The position numbers were made by a program, and so were the translations under genes. Shown here one piece after another: positions 20,405-32,106 of a DNA stretch of 64,000 nt. The stretch covers positions 9,796,001 to 9,860,000 of the forward strand of contig OZ287749.1 of assembly GCA_965649765.1 (NCBI GenBank), in the 5' to 3' direction. This stretch comes from Bispira polyomma (taxonomy: Eukaryota). The stretch's first letter is position 1. Each line of letters begins with the position of its first letter. The notes below the pieces were generated by a model, which saw nothing but the letters and a program-made list of their open reading frames with translations, was not told the origin of the DNA and searched no databases.

Positions 20405-23400
20405 ATGTAAGTTGCTGGCGTTTTTGATTCAGACCGTATTGCTGTTAGTGTATATGTAGCTGGCTTAATTCCGACCTTGGCAGTTTCGAAAAGGCCACCT
20501 AATTATCATGGCTGTTTCAGAGTCAAGCAAGTCGCGACCACAACAACTCGCACCCATCAACTCGCACATACAAGTCGCACCAAATTTTAAAGCACATTTC
20601 CTTTACGTTTTTTATCACTTTAAATTCTTAATAGTTATATATGTATGTTTATTGTTTCGAAGAGGTTATTATGACAATTGTTATATTTACGAAGTGGCCA
20701 TTAAGAAGTGGTCCCCCAAAGAAATGTGCTTAACAATAGGGTCCCGATACAGGGGTGGACAGCTTAGCAAACAGTGGACAGCTTAGCGGACAGTAGCTTA
20801 AAATGTACACAGTTTATCGATTTGACCGTTTTGGATGCAAAGTCTGTATTTACAATGTAATTAGTGGGTTCAGTACTTTATATTGTACAGATGGCTTTTT
20901 AAATGCAACAAATTTTATGTTTTACGTTATTGTCCGCTATCGTTGTCCCGTCTGCTAAGCTGTCGACCCCTGTACATTTAAACTAACCTTATCAATCGGG
21001 CTGTAATTAAAAATTTATTTATATTTGCCCTATTAATGCCTTTTTTATTAAATGTTTTTGAATATGGAAAATGACAGGCAACCTATATATTAGCCAAAGT
21101 GGAGAAATTCAATGCAAATTAGGTAAACTATCATTGTAGAGAGCACTTGGAAGTACTGATTTCCAAATTTTTTTTTTAAGGATATGTACTTGTCTTCGAC
21201 ATTTCACTCGGACAGAACCGCCAACGATGTGCTACATATTGTAAAATAGATAAAATTAAAGTAAAATAGCTATAGTTATGTACTTATATTTGCTTTAACA
21301 AATATGTTATATGTACGCATATTTTATGAGATAATTTAGCATTCCTTTAAAAGTTGTCTTTAGGGTAATATATTGATATATAGCCAATTGTGCCCATGAC
21401 ACACTTAGGCTCTCTACTTAATGAATTCACGTCAGTCTTCGATTCAAAACATGACTGTAACACTACAAGTAAACTTCTGTGAAGTCGATAATATCTACTT
21501 GCTGATAACACCTCGCAAGACAGTAGCTATAGCCATTTCAAGACCTAGAAAAGGCCTGATGCTCTTATTTACACACAATCTCTTTACAGGCCTGATGCTC
21601 GTATTTAGATCCAATATCTTTGCAGGCCTGATGCTGATTCCCCTGCTGGTTCAGCCCGTGTGGAAGATGGTGTGAAGCTATCTTCTAGGGCTGGGTCTGC
21701 CAAGTCACACCGCAGTGATGGCCCCAAGGCCGTATCACCAATAGGCTCCCAGGAGAATCCTGCAGGTGACCTCCGTAACATGAGAAGAATCATTGCAGAG
21801 GATCCTGAGTGGTCGCTAGCTACAGTGCCATTGTTGTGGGAACTCTGTATTGCTCACATTGTGGCCAACTTTGAAAGTAAGTATGAATTAGTCACATGAC
21901 ACAGGGTGGTGCTCAGTAGTGTGGTGATAAAAAAATTATCTGGACATCAGTTATTGCTTCTTAGCGTTAAATATTTTTAACCCACTATCGAAAGGGAAAC
22001 ATAACAACTAGATTTTGTTAATTATTTTAATAAAACCAAAAAATGTTATTTAAAAATATGATATTTCTTTTTATAGATCTAAATAAATGTTAAATAAATA
22101 TTGACCCAATTGTTCCACATTATCTGAAAATGTGAACAACAAAAAACTGCAAATCTCACTAGAGTCCAACTTCGATTAACAGGTTGAAATGTTTGTTATA
22201 CTTGTATTGTCTTGTTCCCACCTCTAGAATTTGGTACAGGGTTTTATAATTTCGTCCTACCAAGATATTAACAATAAATCTGTCTGTTTTTTGCTTTAAA
22301 TCTTTGTAATTCAATTTCATTAGGGATATAAAAGAAATCATTGACCTTATTTTAAGCATTAAATTATGACATACTGTTCCATGTTGTGGCACTAGTCAAG
22401 ACATTTCAATAGAAATAAGGTCACCATTATAGTTAGTGATAAATTATGCGACACAGAGTTTTAAAAAGGTTTCACGGCTCTCTTAGGCAAATTATTATAC
22501 CTTATTGTACTGAGAGTATGACACAGAGATGTGTAATGTGTTGAAAGATACAAATTTACTGAAATATTGCTAAGATGACAGTACCTAAACTAAAGCGTAG
22601 ACAGCTTAATTCTTTCCTATGACTTTTAAACAGATTTTTTTTGCACTGTGAACATTTAAGCAAAGTTAAAAAACCCTTTGGAAAATGGTTTTTAATGTGA
22701 AACTCCCTTTGTTTTTTTTTAGATAATTCTAAAGTTATAAACCAGCTTTTGCCCAAGCACAAGACCAAGGTACTGGAGAAACTGTCTACCCAGCTTCCCC
22801 TGAAGGTGACGGCCAATCTGATCGAGGACGAGGGTTACTGGAAGCGTTGCTGTAAGGCTCGTTGGGAGATCTGCGAAGTGTCCGTATATGGTGGAAGCTG
22901 GAAGCGGATGTACTTTGAGAAAAACCTCCAGAAAATCATTGAGAACTTTGTGCCGGAGAGTACCAACTCCACGGAGTTGTACGACACCCTACCACTCTCA
23001 GCCAACTACATCCGGTGCCTGGCCATCGGTCAGCTACTGCCCCCAGTCAAGGAGACTCCCAAAGGGGAGGGGGATGACCTCTCAGACGCTGGAAGTGACT
23101 CAGGAGACGGGCCAGATATTGACCACTTTGACTTTGCCCCTGTGTTGCAGAAACTCCCGTTTTTAGAGGAGTTTCATGTCACCTACGGCGTCAAGGACTG
23201 CGGCATGAACTTTGAGTGGAACCTGTTCCAGTTTACGGCACGCGACTGTCTCCTCCTGGCAAAGTGCATCGCCAACTGTAAAAATCTCAAAGTCTTTCGC
23301 CTGCACCGCAGTAAGGTCGACGACGACAAAGTGCGTGTGTTGATCAGCCACATGCTGGACCATCCCTCCCTGATAGAACTTGACCTCTCGCGTAACCAGA

Positions 23401-26208
23401 TCGGCGACCGCGGTGCCAGGGCCATCGGCAAATTTCTGAACAACCACAGCAAACTGGTGCGCCTGAACGTGTCGGACAACGTGATCCGAGCAGCGGGTGC
23501 CCAAGCGATAGCCCACGCCCTGACCAAGAACACCACACTACAACAACTGAACGTGCGGCTCAACCGATTGGCGGATGAGGGGGGCCAGGCGATCTGCCGG
23601 GCGTTATTGAAGAACACCACGTTGTGTGAACTGAATATGGCCAGCAATGACCTGACAGAGCCAACGGCAGCCATCTTGTCACAAGTGGTCGTACAGAATT
23701 CTACAGTCAGGAAGTTTGACTTGGCTAGTAACCGACTTGGCCCAGTGAGTATTTATAAAGTTAGATTTGTAAAGTAACCGACTTGGGCTGAAAATGTCTA
23801 AAATCGACCTAAGATAAGTTATCGAGCAAGTGTACCAGATGTAATAATGTTAAAGACTTTTTCTTTTCCACGTAAAACAATTATTGTGAGTCGAGTATAT
23901 GTCATGGAATAGATTGTCTCTGATTTTGCCACACTTGATTCGCCGCACATGGATTCTGCCACACTTTTTTTGGCTATATTTTAAAACTTTTTAAAATTAA
24001 ATAAAGATTCCTTTGTACTAAATTAGTGCTTCTTTAAAAGCCTTTCATTTAATAATTATTAATGTCCCTCAGATAACTATTCAGGATACGGTTTCTCACA
24101 AATTTATTAATTACCTCAAATAGTTTCTCAAGCATTTTAATCACATTTTATTAATTCACCCCTTTTGTCGTACATGTTGCAAAGTAGAAAAAAAAAAACA
24201 TTTCCGATCATTTTGTAACTGTTCATTGCAATTTACAAGTAGCACAGTGGCCCAGTAAATAATGAGTAGAGGGAGGGCAATTAATCTGGTTCTTAAAGAA
24301 CTCTTTAATGTAGTAATTTCCCTCAAATAACTACTCATGAAAGTTAGTCACCATGGCAATTTACAAATGCTAAAGTGGCGATATATAGGGTACAGATTAA
24401 GTTATCTAACTTTACTTGCAAGTGATTATTCTTTTCTATTATCTAAAATAAAATATACTTTTTCTATGTACATGTATATTTTGTCTAATAAACTATAACA
24501 AAGAAAAAATCACTGCCCTGTGAAAATTGTGGCAAAATCAACATAGAATAACCCATGGAATAAGAGGAATCATTGTGTTGGTATGTTGTCTAAATCTGTA
24601 GCACTGAATGTGAGCTTATGTGGATGAAAATGAAGCGCGTAATTTGAAGGGAAAGGTATACTTTCTAAAATAGTTTCACCCATATATATCACATCCCTGT
24701 GAAATCTTTTTTTGGTATAACCAAGTGTTAAATCGTCTGTACAGTTTTTGTGTTGTGTAGTTCAGGGCCAGATTTGCAAAATAACTTTTAAAAACAAATA
24801 CTTATCTAAGTGAATTTTTTTACGAAGCCATAATGACCCAAATTGCTCTGAGCAAATACTTAACTAATTTTGGTTTATACCAAAATAAATACAAAGATGT
24901 TCAAATTAGGGTTTAAAGTTTCCAAATTTATGCAAGCATCCTCCAAGATTTGCTTGTGCTGAAGAAACAACTTATGTACAAAATTTGACTTTTAAATATT
25001 TTTGGTTAATTCCACTTTTGGCTTGGTAAAAGTTTTAAATTAAGCATAAGCAAAAAATAAATCAAAATTTTCTTGTGAATGTGGCCCCTGACCTCCAAGC
25101 TTTACTTATTGTTATACTGTAAGACACAACTGTAGTTCAATGTTCTGTAGGAGTACTTCATAGAGCTGACAGAACATTGCACACTCCAAGCAAGCTCTGG
25201 ATGTGTTCATGCTGATCTGGGGCTTTTTTTTAACATTTGGTTTTAGTTGTACGTTATGTTTTGAATGTTCTGAAGAGATTACCAGTGCTCTACAAACTCT
25301 ATATTGTTTGAACTTCTATTGTCTAAATATTCAATGATTTTGAAATAATGAACTCCCCAACTCTCTCAAATTTACGGGGCTCTTATTGTTTTACACTAAA
25401 ATAAAAGTCTCTTCTATTTTTCAAAGCTTCTAATATTTGAACCAATCTTCCACAAGGTGAACCAAATCTTCAAATGATTCTTTATGCCCCGTTCTCAAGT
25501 TGGTGGAACGTTTGTAACTTGTATTTCCGCTGATTAAATCAGCTGTTCCATCTAGGGGAAATACACCCTTTAAAACTTATCCAGATAAGTCTTTCAGATT
25601 GTAACATCTGATTACATAAGAGTTACAGTAGTGATAGAGAGTCGATAATGTACCACCTCAAGTTTGCAAATTGTCTTTCTGCTGATTAAATCAGCTGTTC
25701 CATCTATGGGAAATACACCCTTTAAAACTTATCTAGATAAGTCTTACAGATGGAAACAGCCAATTACAGAAGAGTTACAGTAGTGATAGAGAAAGAGTCC
25801 AGAATGGACCACCTCTCTATACCATCATACTGAGAACCCCACATTACTTAAAGTTGTATTAGGTGTATGCTAAGACACAACAATGAATCGTCCCTGTATT
25901 CTCTGTCCTTACACCAATTGTTCTCAGGACGGGACCAGGGTATCTCTGACATTCTCTGTATCTTACTTGTATCCTCTGTCTTCAATGACTAAGCCAGTGT
26001 ATCTATGTCTGTATCTGACTCTGTATCCTCTGTATTCCAGGACGGCGGCAAACAGCTCCAGGAAGGGATGGAGGAGAATGATTACATCACCCACATGGAC
26101 CTGAGACTGACTGAGTGTGGTCAGGAGAGTGAGTACTGCATCAACCAGATCCTGAGTAAAAACAGGGAGAAGGAACGTCAGCGTCAGTTGGGGGGATCCG
26201 TATCCTAG
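20405..26208 (+). CDS. TCTE1: Dynein regulatory complex subunit 5 (T-complex-associated testis-expressed 1), LRR protein, 480 aa; join(20405-20406,21626-21876,22723-23744,26041-26208)
   Basis: MRRIIAEDPEWSLATVPLLWELCIAHIV, LPLKVTANLIEDEGYWKRCC, GGSWKRMYFE, YGVKDCGMNFEWNLFQFT, RI-like LRRs and DGGKQLQEGMEEN..DLRLTECGQESEY are TCTE1/DRC5 hallmarks; exon lengths sum to 1443 nt (481 codons) with GT-AG introns. Confidence 0.93.
20750..20972. mobile_element. Tc1/mariner-type MITE in TCTE1 intron 1
   Basis: CAGGGGT(G/C)GACAGCTTAGCA TIRs, TA flanks. Confidence 0.75.
21626..21876 (+). CDS. TCTE1: TCTE1 exon 2
   Basis: tttgcag acceptor, GTAAGT donor at 21877; ends ...MRRIIAEDPEWSLATVPLLWELCIAHIVANFE. 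Confidence 0.88.
22723..23744 (+). CDS. TCTE1: TCTE1 exon 3 (LRR region)
   Basis: poly-T/AG acceptor at 22721-22722, GTGAGT donor at 23745; covers the 342-aa ORF in the track. Confidence 0.93.
25525..25800. repeat. ~153-bp tandem duplication of a dispersed repeat (also at ~54015-54120)
   Basis: GCTGATTAAATCAGCTGTTCCATCTA..GGAAATACACCC..AGTTACAGTAGTGATAGAGA twice. Confidence 0.75.
26041..26208 (+). CDS. TCTE1: TCTE1 last exon
   Basis: tattccag acceptor; DGGKQLQEGMEENDYITHMDLRLTECGQESEYCINQIL...TAG. Confidence 0.9.
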   Translation, partial: DGGKQLQEGMEENDYITHMDLRLTECGQESEYCINQILSKNREKERQRQLGGSVS

Positions 26209-26347
26209 GGGAGGGACAATCCCAAACCCCACCGCCCCTAAAGTGACTGAAGACAGTCAAGATGTGTACAAAGACATTAGACTTTGGTTTTCAAGTTTTC
26301 TATATATTATATTAAGTTTATTATTGGCCCTGAATTTTAAAATAAAC

Positions 26348-26650
26348 TAGGGGTGAAAATTTGTGTCGGGGATATTGCTTGCCCAGATCCGTTCTGGGAT
26401 ACCGCCCAAAAGATAAAACCAATTACTGCGAATCGAAGGTACCCTCAAGAACACAAACTAATCGTTAAAACCAAATCAAAACCACATGTGTGTGATGCCT
26501 AAAAATGAATAAAACATCTGAAATTTCAATACTTTGCCAACATAATACCTATTTCTGTGATTCAATAGATATAGTTTGTTTCTCGTTTACAGTATTTATT
26601 TTATCACATCATTTCAGTCGATATGTTGCCGATACCGGGTGTATACCCTA
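26348..26650. mobile_element. hAT-like MITE in TCTE1 3' region
   Basis: TAGGG...CCCTA termini with a perfect 8-bp target-site duplication AAATAAAC on both sides. Confidence 0.75.
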
Positions 26651-27897
26651 AAATAAACACAACTTGTATATGAAGTAGAAACACGGACGATGTGTGTTGT
26701 CTGTATGATAGACGTGTTTCAGGTGATGTTTTTTGTGTAGTAATTAAGCCAGTAACTTAATACGTTAAGAGTATGAAATGAATGGAAATTCAATGACTTC
26801 AGTAAATAGACCCTAGCATTGTTGTGTATTGGTGTATATAATTCTCCATTCCATTTAAATTCAAAGGTCATCTGCTAAATGAATTGAGAGCCCAAGTGTG
26901 CATTTGCTGTAACTGTTGATATGGGATAGAGTTTCTTCACCACATATGTACCCATAGTCTCAATTGACTTGAGTCCTGTACCTGTGATATATAATGTGAT
27001 AAAGTTGTCTTTGCTTTTTACTGACAGTGTTTTGTTTGTAAGTTTATTCCCAGTTTTTTTCAAGTTCAGTACATATTTAACCATACTATAAAAAGCCATA
27101 GTTTTTCTGCCAATATATAAGACAAAATCCTTTCTTGGTGTAGAAATTTCTAAAGTAAAGATTTCACAGTTTGTTGAAACATCGTATTTGTGTCTTAGTT
27201 GGGCCACATTACACTACAAACAAATATAAAATGACCATAAAAAAACGCCCGCAAATAAAAAATTTTCTTTTGCTAAAAGGTAATAGTGTAAAATATGATA
27301 TCATCCGTTAATGGCTTTGAGAACAAGAAGCTGCCATAATGAGAAAGTACAGGATAAGGTCCACATTTGTCCACGTTTCACTCTTTGAAAATAGAGGTCA
27401 TTTGCGTGTTATCTCCCCCCAACTGTAGTTATTTTCAGAGAGCGAACACAAATGTGACCCCTTATCCTGTAACTTGAAACTTTCTCATCATAATTTATTG
27501 TTCAAATAGAATCAAAACCATTGAAGGATATTATATCTTATTTCACAGGATTACGGCCATTTGGACCCGAACTAATACGTAGGGGTTCCACTCCCAAGTC
27601 AGTATTAATTCCACTTTTATTGTAAAGTGGTGAGCCACATTGTAGAGGTTACTGGCTGGGTTTACAAACCTGTGTCATAGGCACTAGAACAACATAGGAG
27701 CCACCTCCACAAAAAGGTCTTAGTCTTACCGTGCCTGCTGTTAGTCTTAGGGTTAGGTACAAAGTGAACACAAAGAAAAGCTCTTTTGTTACTGTCAACA
27801 AAATCTTAACCTTTTTGGCCAAAATCAGGGACCAAAATCTCAACCTTAAGACAAAGTTAAGACAATTAGACAGTTTGTGAGTAGGGCCCCAGGAGTA

Positions 27898-28498
27898 CAG
27901 TAGAACCTCTATTTTCCGAACTTGTTGCAAGATCAAGATTTTGTTCAGATAATGGAAAGCTTGTATGAAATAGAAGATTAAATTTAAGGCTGTGAATAGT
28001 GTGCTAATAAACGAACATAACATACCTTTTAATGGCGAAAACATCAAGCATTTATAAAATATAAACATGTTTAAGTAGATGGTGAACAACTAAATTGAGA
28101 AAAATTACTTTGTTTCTCTTTACACAAGATAAACTTCTGCTAACTGTGTACTTTAATGATTTCTTTGTATTTACTAGTGATATACATATTCAAGTACTCG
28201 ACTGCGAGGCAAGTATATCAAAACAAGTGGCCATAGCAAATATTTAGACCATGTCACACCTGTAATTAAATTGAGTATAAAAGTATAGAAAAATGTAAAA
28301 TTAAGAAAATTGAAACATTCAGGTACTAGAAGTTCAGATAATAAAGGGTTCTTCTGTATCTACATGTTCAGATAATAGAGGGTTCTTCTGTATCTACATG
28401 TTCAGATAATAGAAGGTTCTTCTGTATCTACATGTTCAGATAATAGAGGGTTTGGGTTTTACTGTTTCTACATGTTCAGATAATAGAGGGTTCTACTG
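27898..28498. mobile_element. CAGTAGAACC-family MITE with tandemly amplified right end
   Basis: TA-CAGTAGAACCTCTATT ... AATAGAGGGTTCTACTG-TA; ~34-bp unit repeated about 5 times at 28330-28510. Confidence 0.65.
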
Positions 28499-30544
28499 TA
28501 TCTACATGTTCTACTTCCAAACAGACTTTCTGTGGCATTTAACTGTAGATAAACCAGGATCACAAGGCAACTAGGGAGGATAAGACTTGTCAAATAAATC
28601 GGTTTCGAGTGTACTCCTTAGGAGTGGGCGGAAGTGGGCGAGGGTGGGAGGGTCATATTCCATATATCCTAAGATAAGGAAGATATATCATGCCATAACT
28701 TGGGGGTCAGCATCTGATAAACAATTGTTGAGTTGTATTTTTGTGTTGTATTTTGGCATCCACAACACTGGCGCTTATAGTGGAGTAATCGCTAACAAAT
28801 TCTGGTATATCTCATTGCATATCCCAGTCTTCTGGTAAAGCATATATAACGGTGTACAAAATGTATAAACTTTCAACAGGAAATGCTATCTTAAAAGCTT
28901 TAGAAACTCATATACACGAAATGTGTGCATACAATATTCCCATTTTGTTTCATGTATTGTAAAACACACATAGATTTCAATGATTTAATGAAATGTGATC
29001 TACATTTAAAGGTCAAATATCAATATTGTTTGCCAACCTGTTCTAAACACTTCATAGCAGTGATTGCCATGTATTTTTCCAAATCAAAACAAAATGCGGC
29101 ATACTGGTATTCCATTAACAAAACTACTAGCACTTTGTTACAGACACCACATAAAAAAAACACAAAAGCTTTTGTATTTTTTTTTCCTTGGAAGACCAAG
29201 TTTCCCAGAAACCTTGGTACTATGGGTTCCCCCCCCCACCCCCCCCACCCCATTTTCTCTCTTTAAGTTATTAAAGGCAGCAAGCAATTCTCTGTGGTCA
29301 GGGCCAATTGTGGACTAATGGAGACCGGTTACCCAACCCAGGCCAGCCTGGCTTATCTCTTCTGTAATAGGAAGGCAGTGGGATCAATACACAGATACCA
29401 GCTTAACCTGATTAATGAGGCAGCTGCGACATAAGTGTCATCCAATGGGGGGCTTTTGTTTTTGCAAAAAAAAAAACAACAAAAAAGTTATTGGAAAATG
29501 AGGTAAATCTTACAGTAAGGCCATAATTCACAAAGGTTCTTTTATTTTTTTGTCTCCACCAAGTCGATTGGCTGAAAATATTGTTTCAAAGAAACCTGAT
29601 TGGCTGACACTAGGAACTTTCTATGAGTTGTATTCTAAGAATGGTTGTAAATATGGCTATAAGCTTAAGTTTGGAATTTTTAGTGACAGGTAGATAAGGT
29701 AATCTGCAATCTATGACATCACATCCTTAAAGGATAAGGTCATATTTATTTATGTATGTGTGACCTTAACTGTATTTACCTTTGTGTACACTTGTGGTGG
29801 ATACAGTTCAACATTGCTGACATGAGACAAATGTATTGTTTGACATCATGATCGCTTGGTAACTTCATCACTGATATCTCTGGTGGCACAGATGACTTAA
29901 CAAAGAAACTCCCTCACTTTTCAGTTTGAAATTCGGTGTGTCTGAAGATGCCCTGGTTGTTTTACATTTAAAGCTTTGGAGCGTGTTCTGTCTACAGTTA
30001 TGTTATTTTACTGTTTTTACCTCTTTTGTGCCACAATCGATGACCAGGCATCCTTTGTGGCTCATATTCCCGGCGGGAGGCAAAAAAATAGTCCAATAAA
30101 GAAAAAGGTACATATGTCTCGCTACCAATTTCGATAAACTTAGAGATGTATCAGTTAATTATTTGCTTCAGCAGCTTAATTTTATACAAGTCCACACAAA
30201 TCTGCAATCCCCTCCGATCATACCAAATATCCACAACTAGCAAACTTGATGACTTGGTTTCCTTAGTTAGCAAGTCTTGCACGTTATGAACTATGCTAAT
30301 TGCTTCGATCTATTGCTGTAAAGACAAAGCCATCTCCTGGTAAAGGTTTGGTGTTGCAGTGTTGGTGAAGTGTTGAGGGTGACCTACCTTATTTGGACTA
30401 TATTTCAGGAGCTTTGTAAATTAGGCCAACTTACACTTAACCTCAGCTTTGTTATGAGAACTAGTTGAGGTAAGACCTTCATCAATTGGTACACGTCAGT
30501 GGTGCGAGTCTGGCCTAAGGTTGACCTTTCCTATCCTAACATAT

Positions 30545-31035
30545 CCCAATCAGACTTTTATAGTGCTTAATCTCTGAAAAATAAACAGATGCTAAGACGC
30601 ATAAAGTCTAGACGATGATCATAGCTCATGTATCTATTAGACAGGCACAGGTCAATACCATGGAGACGCCGGGACGCTGAACCAACTAAGGTGGAAAGAC
30701 CTTGCCGAACAGATAGGTTTTTGGCTTTTGTCTAAAACAGGCCAGGGAGGTGGCAGAGAGAATTTACCCAGATCCACTCCAAACTTCAATGTATCCTTCT
30801 AGTTCTGTCAAATCCTAATCCTAATCAAACTTTTATATCAGAAAATGACCAGATTTTAAGGAAAAGAAAATTTTAGACGCTGATCATAGCTCATGTATCC
30901 GTTAGAAAGGCACAGGTCAACACCATGGAGACGCCGGGACGCTGAACCAACTAAGGTTGAAAGACCTTGCCGAACAGATAGGTTTTTGGCTTTTGTCTAA
31001 AACAGGCCAGAGAGGCAGAGTGGCAGAGCGAATTT
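30545..31035 (-). mobile_element. Two tandem L2-type LINE 3' fragments
   Basis: ~165-bp direct duplicate (30610-30775 vs 30873-31035); minus strand reads FRQKPKTYLFGKVFPP-stop, like L2 ORF2 ends (FK..LKTYLF), followed by a gcactataaaa-type tail. Confidence 0.6.
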
Positions 31036-32106
31036 TGTAAGGCAACTCATTCCACATCTTGGTATACTCATTACACTAATTTTCATGTTATTTATCTGTA
31101 AAACATAAAGAAAACAATATACCGAATAAGCTGTCGTATACTTTATATGCTGTATATTTTGGCTGGAATGTCAGACTATAAACAAAAAACTTAGTAGCAA
31201 AAAAACTTAGTAACCCTAGTAGCACGAAAACTAGTGATACGACCATAGCATGATAAGCAAAACTATGTTGAAATGTTTTTTTTTTTAGATTTATGAACTG
31301 ATGGTTTGAAAATTGGAACGGTTAAAAACACCCTGTCAGATCTACTTTACCTACTAATGTATAAACTTGTATCAGGAAAGAAGTATAGGCCGAAATAGTG
31401 TGGAAGACTTGAGTTTAGAAACCATTGACCAAACTCATTATGAGAAGAGGTTTCGATGTTCTAAAAATACTGAAAAGTAGAGATAGATGGCAGCCGACAA
31501 TGATGGATGTAAATAGGTTAAATTTGGTCAACTGCATGGTTTTTAAAATAATCTGATATAGATGTAGAGCTTGTGTTTTGGTAAAACACATTGGTATTCG
31601 TTGAGATTTGATCAGATAAAGAAGGGTAATAGTTTTCACAAAGTAACTTTGTATGCCATTTGTATTGAGAGGCTCTCCAGCGTCGGTGGACAGAAACACA
31701 ATGAGTTGTTATTTTTTGTTGTATGCTTCTCACCAGAGAGAAACTCAAATATAAACAATGGACAATTAACCTAGGTATACAAAATGACTCACAACTGTAA
31801 CCAAATATACATCCAGTACAAAAAGAAATTATGTGCATAGCCATGTTTGGATTCAAACACATCAAATCATTGTCCTATCTGGGCTCATACATTCTCAGGT
31901 GTTGCATCACTCTAAAAAGTCCAGATTTCTAGTATAGTTAGTATAAATATTACCACTGGGGTAATGTATAAAAAAACTTTAGATTATAATACATGTATTT
32001 AGTACAAATGTTTTACCACCAGCTACTTTGTATTATAAGGTACAAGTTCTTGCATTTCTCAGATCACAACTTACTCCCAAAGAGTCCCAGTGTCCAGTAG
32101 ATGCTG

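Noticed and set aside
23163-23674. Antisense ORFs over TCTE1 exon 3, and similar ones over TMEM151 (33739-34230)
   Set aside because: Shadow ORFs of GC-rich coding sequence
25915-25945. ttctcag|GACGGG as a further shadow copy of the TCTE1 last-exon acceptor (ttccag|GACGGC)
   Set aside because: Match of about 10 nt is too short to distinguish from chance
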